In this document: piece by piece, positions 59,859 through 64,000 of the stretch | How the letters are laid out: the number at the start of each line of letters is the position of its first letter | Position numbering within the stretch: position 1 is the first letter of the stretch | Assembly (NCBI GenBank): GCA_965612745.1 | Contig: CBFDTD010000002.1 | Location: 36 to 64,035 of the forward strand | Source: an uncultured bacterium | Lineage (GTDB): Bacteria; Chloroflexota; Anaerolineae; B4-G1 | Direction: 5' to 3' | Length of the DNA: 64,000 nucleotides | The notes under the pieces: generated by a model | The model's input: only the letters and a program-made list of their open reading frames with translations | What the model was told of the DNA's origin: nothing | Database searches by the model: none | Position numbers and translations under genes: made by a program

Positions 59859-61658
59859 ATGAAAAAGCAACCATCCCGCCGCATCACCCGCCGTGAATTC
59901 CTCATCGGCGCGGGGGCCGCGCTGGCCGGCGCGGCGCTGGCCTGTGGACGGGAGCGCCCCACCGCCACCGCCGTCCCCGCCCTCACTCCCGTTTCCACTC
60001 ACACCCCGGCTCCCATCATCCCCACCGCCCCTCCGGAGCGGGCCACCGACCTGGTGCTTATGAACGGCAAAATCATCACCGTGGATCCTGCCGACACTAT
60101 CGCCCAGGCGGTCGCCGTCAAAGACGGCCTCATCCAGGCGGTCGGGAGCGATGGCGACGTAGCGCCCCTGATCGGCGAGGCGACGCGGGTGGTGGACCTG
60201 GGCGGTAGGGCCGTCACCCCCGGCCTGATTGACGCCCACAATCATCTACAAATACTGGGCCTGCTGCAGGGCTTCTACGTGCCCCTGATGCCGCCGGAGG
60301 TCAGGTCAATCGAGGATATGCAGGCCCGGCTGGCCGAGGTCGTGGCTCAGACGCCCGAAGGGGAATGGATCATGGGCTACTTCCTGGCCCTCGGACGGCT
60401 GCCCAATCGGCATGACCTGGATCCTGTAGCGCCCAACCATCCGGTCTGGCTTATGCAGCAAGGTGGACACTACGGCTCGGCCAACAGCCTGGCGCTCCAG
60501 ATCGCCGGCATCACCGCCGCCACACCGAATCCGACCGGCGGCGTCATCGAGCGGGACGCCAACGGCGAGCCGACCGGCGTCTTCTACAACCACCGGGCGA
60601 TGGACCTCCTGCGGCGGTACATTCCCCGCTACACTCCGGAAGACGTGCGGAACAACATCGCCTACGCCCAACCCATCTTCGCCGCCGCCGGCGTCACCAC
60701 TTTTCACGACAACAACGTGCGCGGCACGGACACCGTAGCGGCCTACTTCGACACCGACCGGGAAGGGAAGATGCTGATCCGTGGCCAGGTATACTACACG
60801 CTGGAGTGGCCGAGGGACCTGGACAGGGCACTGCAGGAGGTCGAATACTACGAAGGAAACGGCCTTATGCGCTTCGCCGGCTTTAAGTTCTTGCTCGACG
60901 GCCAGGTGCACATGGCTTACTGCCACGAGCCCCACAACGGCGTGCGCTGGGACATGCCCACCTGGGACCCGCAGACCTTCAAAGAGGCCGTCCGCGCCCT
61001 GCACGACACGGGCTTGCAAATCTGCATCCACTGCGTTGGCGACGCGGCGGTGGACCTGACGCTGGACGCCTACGAGGAGGCGATGAATGCCAATCCCCGC
61101 CCCGACCCGCGCCACCGCATCGAGCATTGCGTCCTTTGCACGCCGGAGGCTACCCAACGCATGAAGGACCTGGGAGTGGTGGTCAGCACCCAGCCGCAGT
61201 TCATCCGTCTGGGAGGAGATGTGTGGCCGACCATATTCGGCGAGGAACGTATGTCGCGGGTCATAGTCACCCGCGAGTGGCTGGAGGAGGGCGTCGTCGT
61301 GGCCTTGGGCTCCGACGCGCCGACCACCCCCTGGCTGACGCCCCAGGTGACCCTCTTCGGCGCTGTGCGGCGCGCCACCTATTCCAAAGAGCAGGTGGGC
61401 CCCGAGCAGTGCCTGACCGTGCAGGAGGCGCTGCGGGCGCACACAATGGGCTCCGCCTACGCCGGCTTTGAAGAGGATGTCAAGGGCTCCATCGAGGTGG
61501 GCAAACTGGCCGACCTGGTCGTTTGGAGCGAGGACCCCTACACCGCTTCGCTCAAGCGGTTATGGCAGATCCCGGTTGACGTGACGCTCGTCGGGGGGAA
61601 AATCGTCTACCAGAGCGGGGATACCTCCCTCCTCCCGCGCCGGGCGGGGGACTTGTGA
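59859..61658 (+). CDS. TAT-exported amidohydrolase-family (amidohydro_3) metal-dependent hydrolase
   Basis: [21 protein letters not shown] twin-arginine signal; GLIDAHNHL metal-binding motif; AGGAGGTGA Shine-Dalgarno. Confidence 0.85.
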   Translation: MKKQPSRRITRREFLIGAGAALAGAALACGRERPTATAVPALTPVSTHTPAPIIPTAPPERATDLVLMNGKIITVDPADTIAQAVAVKDGLIQAVGSDGDVAPLIGEATRVVDLGGRAVTPGLIDAHNHLQILGLLQGFYVPLMPPEVRSIEDMQARLAEVVAQTPEGEWIMGYFLALGRLPNRHDLDPVAPNHPVWLMQQGGHYGSANSLALQIAGITAATPNPTGGVIERDANGEPTGVFYNHRAMDLLRRYIPRYTPEDVRNNIAYAQPIFAAAGVTTFHDNNVRGTDTVAAYFDTDREGKMLIRGQVYYTLEWPRDLDRALQEVEYYEGNGLMRFAGFKFLLDGQVHMAYCHEPHNGVRWDMPTWDPQTFKEAVRALHDTGLQICIHCVGDAAVDLTLDAYEEAMNANPRPDPRHRIEHCVLCTPEATQRMKDLGVVVSTQPQFIRLGGDVWPTIFGEERMSRVIVTREWLEEGVVVALGSDAPTTPWLTPQVTLFGAVRRATYSKEQVGPEQCLTVQEALRAHTMGSAYAGFEEDVKGSIEVGKLADLVVWSEDPYTASLKRLWQIPVDVTLVGGKIVYQSGDTSLLPRRAGDL

Positions 61659-61689
61659 ACGTAGAGCCGCCAGCCCCGTCGTCCTGGAC

Positions 61690-61898
61690 CCTGACCACCA
61701 GCACGCCGATACCTACCTCTGGGACTTCGGTGACGGTGACCAGAGCGAGAACCCGGAGCCGATGCACGCCTACTGGAGCGGTGGGACGTACACCGTCACC
61801 CTGACCGCCGGCAACGTGTGCGGCAGTGACCAGGCCACGGCGACGATCACGGTCCGGCGCTGCGTCTATCTCCCGCTCGCGCTCAGGGACTACCAGTA
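61690..61898 (+). pseudogene. orphan fragment encoding the C-terminal part of a PKD domain (WDFGDG...) plus tail CVYLPLALRDYQ; no start codon or N-terminal region
   Basis: manual translation; frame is continuous with amidohydrolase 3' DNA but out of frame. Confidence 0.4.
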
Positions 61899-62000
61899 GC
61901 CCTTCCGACGCGGGCACAAGCGCGAGGGGCTGCCCCCCAGGGGGCAGCCCCTCGTGGAGCCAACCAGAGGCATGCGCAAACTCATACCCGCCCCTCTTTG

Positions 62001-63329
62001 TCAGACCGTAATTCGTCCCAACCGCTGCACCAGCACTTCCTCCAGCGTTGGCTGGCCGATGACCTGGAGTTCGTACCGCACCCGGTCTACCGGGTGGCGC
62101 ACGTTGATCAGCCGCCGCAGGTCAATGGGCGTGGCCACCAGCACCAGGTCGCACTCGACCATATTGATTGTCTCCTCCAGATCCCGCACCTGGCTCTCGC
62201 CATATCCCATCGCGGGCAGGAGCGGGCCGACATGCGGGTACTTCTCGAAAGCGGCGGCGATGGAGCGGACGGCGTAGGGGCGGGGGTCCACCAACTCCGC
62301 TGCGCCGAATCGGCGGGCTGCCACCACTCCAGCCCCGTAGGCCATCTCCCCGTGAGTCAGCGTGGGGCCATCCTCGACGACCAGCACCCGCTTGCCCCGG
62401 ATCGCCCGCGGATCCTCGACGAAGATGGGGGAAGCGGCCTCCACCACGACGGCCTGCGGATTGACCGCGTAGACGTCCTCCCGCACCTGGGCCACTCCCT
62501 CAGGGCTGGCCGTGTCCACCTTGTTGATGACCACCACGTGCGCGGCACGCAGATTGGCCTCGCCGGGGTGATAGCGCAGTTCGTGACCAGGCCGGTGAGG
62601 GTCTGCCACCACTATGTGCAGGTCGGGATGGAAGAAGGGGAGATCGTTGTTTCCCCCGTCCCAGACCACCACATCGGCTTCTTCCTCCGCCTGGCGCAGG
62701 ATGCGCTCGTAGTCCACCCCGGCATAGACCACCACCCCCCGATCCAGGTGCGGCTCGTACTCCTCTCGCTCCTCGATGGTGCACCTGTTACGCTCCAGAT
62801 CCTCGTAGGTGGCGAACCGCTGCACTGCCTGGGTGGCCAGGTCGCCGTAGGGCATCGGGTGGCGAACCACCACCACTTTTTTGCCCATCCGCTGGAGTAC
62901 ATCGCAGACGTGCCGGGTGGTCTGGCTCTTGCCGCAGCCAGTGCGCACGGCACAGACGGCGACGACCGGCTTGCGGCTCTGGAGCATCGTCGCACCGCTC
63001 CCCATCAGCCGGAAATCGGCCCCTGCAGCCAGCACCTGTGAGGCCCTGTGCATCACGTACTCGTGGGAGACGTCGGAGTAGGCGAAGACGACCTGATCCA
63101 CCTGGTAGCGGCGGATCAGGTCGGTCAGTTCCGCTTCGGGGTGAATGGGAATACCATCCGGGTACAGGTTCCCAGCCAGTTCCGGCGGGTAGCGACGTCC
63201 CTCGATGTTGGGAATCTGGGTGGCGGTGAAGGCGATGATCTGATAGTCCGGGTTGTCGCGGAAGTAGACGTTGAAGTTATGGAAGTCGCGCCCGGCGGCG
63301 CCCATGATGATGACGCGATTTGCGGCCAT
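62001..63329 (-). CDS. P-loop protein resembling cyclic 2,3-diphosphoglycerate synthetase / DUF1611 family (tentative)
   Basis: about 440 aa; GCGKS P-loop-like motif; start trimmed to MAANRVIIMGAAGRDF. Confidence 0.55.
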   Translation of the reverse strand: MAANRVIIMGAAGRDFHNFNVYFRDNPDYQIIAFTATQIPNIEGRRYPPELAGNLYPDGIPIHPEAELTDLIRRYQVDQVVFAYSDVSHEYVMHRASQVLAAGADFRLMGSGATMLQSRKPVVAVCAVRTGCGKSQTTRHVCDVLQRMGKKVVVVRHPMPYGDLATQAVQRFATYEDLERNRCTIEEREEYEPHLDRGVVVYAGVDYERILRQAEEEADVVVWDGGNNDLPFFHPDLHIVVADPHRPGHELRYHPGEANLRAAHVVVINKVDTASPEGVAQVREDVYAVNPQAVVVEAASPIFVEDPRAIRGKRVLVVEDGPTLTHGEMAYGAGVVAARRFGAAELVDPRPYAVRSIAAAFEKYPHVGPLLPAMGYGESQVRDLEETINMVECDLVLVATPIDLRRLINVRHPVDRVRYELQVIGQPTLEEVLVQRLGRITV

Positions 63330-63333
63330 ATGG

Positions 63334-63630
63334 TTAGTCCTCGGTAGATGATGAGTCTGGAGTGGGGATGGCGGCCTCATCCTCCTTGTTGCGCACCAGG
63401 AAAAGCCACAGCAGCAGGGGCACCACCCAGACCAGGATGCTCAGGCAGAGCGGAGCGATGCCAAAAGCGGGCGGAATAGCACCTCTCCTTCCGCCTGGGC
63501 CTAACTCAGTGCTCCAGGTCCCTACCCCGGTGAAGATCAGGATGCTTCCAATGCACAGCGGAATTGTGCAGCACAAGAACGTGAGGATGGCCGCGACGAT
63601 GGTGATGATCGTACCGGTTTGTTTTGTCAT
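63334..63630 (-). CDS. small membrane protein (2 TM)
   Basis: AAGGAGG Shine-Dalgarno 7 nt before the ATG; a TTGACA-like -35 element upstream. Confidence 0.55.
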   Translation of the reverse strand: MTKQTGTIITIVAAILTFLCCTIPLCIGSILIFTGVGTWSTELGPGGRRGAIPPAFGIAPLCLSILVWVVPLLLWLFLVRNKEDEAAIPTPDSSSTED

Positions 63631-63672
63631 CTCGATTCCTCCTTGTCAATAGATATGTTTACGCTGGTCTGC

Positions 63673-63857
63673 GGTGCAAAGCGCGACGGAGGCCCCGATT
63701 TAGCGGGGATTTCCCGGCTGAAGCCGGGCCTCCGATCCCCTTTTGCACCGAGTACTGCGCTAGTTTCTGTGCGAAGCGTGACGGAGGCCCCGATTTAGCG
63801 GGGATTTCCCGGCTGAAGCCGGGCCTCCGATCCCCTTTTGCACCGAGTACTACGCTA
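63673..63857. repeat. two tandem copies (period about 95 bp) of an 89-bp element with nested palindromes GGTGCAAAG / GGAGGCC / CCCCG-CGGGG / CCCGGCtgaaGCCGGG
   Basis: copy 1 at 63673-63761 and copy 2 at 63768-63857 are nearly identical; REP-like. Confidence 0.8.
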
Positions 63858-64000
63858 ATCGGGCCAGCAGGATGCCGACCTCATACAGGAGCAGGAAAGG
63901 CACCATAACCAGCAGCATATTGACCGGGTCGGTGGTGGGCGTGATGACCGCCGCTCCGATGGCTGCGCCGATGATGACGACGCGCCGTGCTTTGGCGAAC
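63850..64000 (-). CDS. tatC: Sec-independent translocase TatC, C-terminal part (gene continues beyond the window)
   Basis: the last TM and tail ...TPTTDPVNMLLVMVPFLLLYEVGILLARLA resemble the TatC C-terminus. Confidence 0.55.
   Translation of the reverse strand, partial: FAKARRVVIIGAAIGAAVITPTTDPVNMLLVMVPFLLLYEVGILLARLA

Noticed and set aside
63673-63857. CRISPR or riboswitch interpretation of the 89-bp tandem elements
   Set aside because: There are only two copies, no spacer-like unique inserts, and no downstream regulated gene in the right orientation. They fit a REP-like palindromic element better.

Overview
This is a high-GC (~65%) bacterial chromosomal window with about 70 supportable genes, compact operons, and frequent overlapping stop/start codons (ATGA, GTGA); lineage cannot be assigned from sequence alone.

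Main contents, in order:
- Lipid-synthesis cluster: DegV x2, PlsY x2 and a CDP-alcohol phosphatidyltransferase.
- OmpR/GAF histidine-kinase two-component pair, followed by the first of three TauE/SafE exporter paralogs (the other two lie between the Fe-S protein and the UspA gene).
- Candidate peptide-maturation locus (see below).
- ArsR-type redox/metal cluster: ArsR family regulator, small Cys-rich protein, thioredoxin-like protein, DUF318 permease, UspA.
- Gamma carbonic anhydrase and an ADP-forming acetyl-CoA synthetase.
- ffh-rpsP-KH-rimM block, followed by dprA where trmD-rplS would normally sit.
- manC-like gene, then a tandemly duplicated two-gene module of unknown function.
- topA with an N-terminal zinc ribbon, a xerC/D-type recombinase, tRNA-His and tRNA-Arg.
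- scpB, a PHP hydrolase, rlmI, a Kbl/BioF-like enzyme and ligA.
- A GT39/ArnT-like and a YfhO-like membrane glycosyltransferase, the latter flanked by VapBC and RHH-MazF toxin-antitoxin pairs.
- A low-GC island carrying a lipoprotein gene, inserted at a duplicated acyl-CoA dehydrogenase 3' end.
- Beta-oxidation-like cluster: acyl-CoA dehydrogenase, CoA-transferase A and B, DUF35 x2, thiolase x2.
- An alpha/beta hydrolase divergent from a Ser/Thr kinase, which is followed by an FHA-winged-helix regulator.
- A roughly 790-aa secreted repeat protein, a TAT amidohydrolase and an orphan PKD fragment that shares the repeat protein's C-terminal tail.
- A cyclic-2,3-diphosphoglycerate-synthetase-like gene, a small membrane protein and a partial tatC.

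The best candidate for an undescribed system is a radical SAM/SPASM maturase (9497-10687). Its N-terminus is an AbrB/SpoVT swapped-hairpin domain rather than a recognisable RiPP recognition element. It is preceded by three translationally linked small ORFs (87, 57 and 31 aa), two hairpins and a PF04060-like Fe-S protein. An ABC exporter follows it.

The window is also unusually rich in short tandem repeats and REP-like structured repeats: the TACCAAT octamers, GTTTCAC and CAAATGA heptamers, the 15-bp array, and the 89-bp CCCGGCTGAAGCCGGG element.
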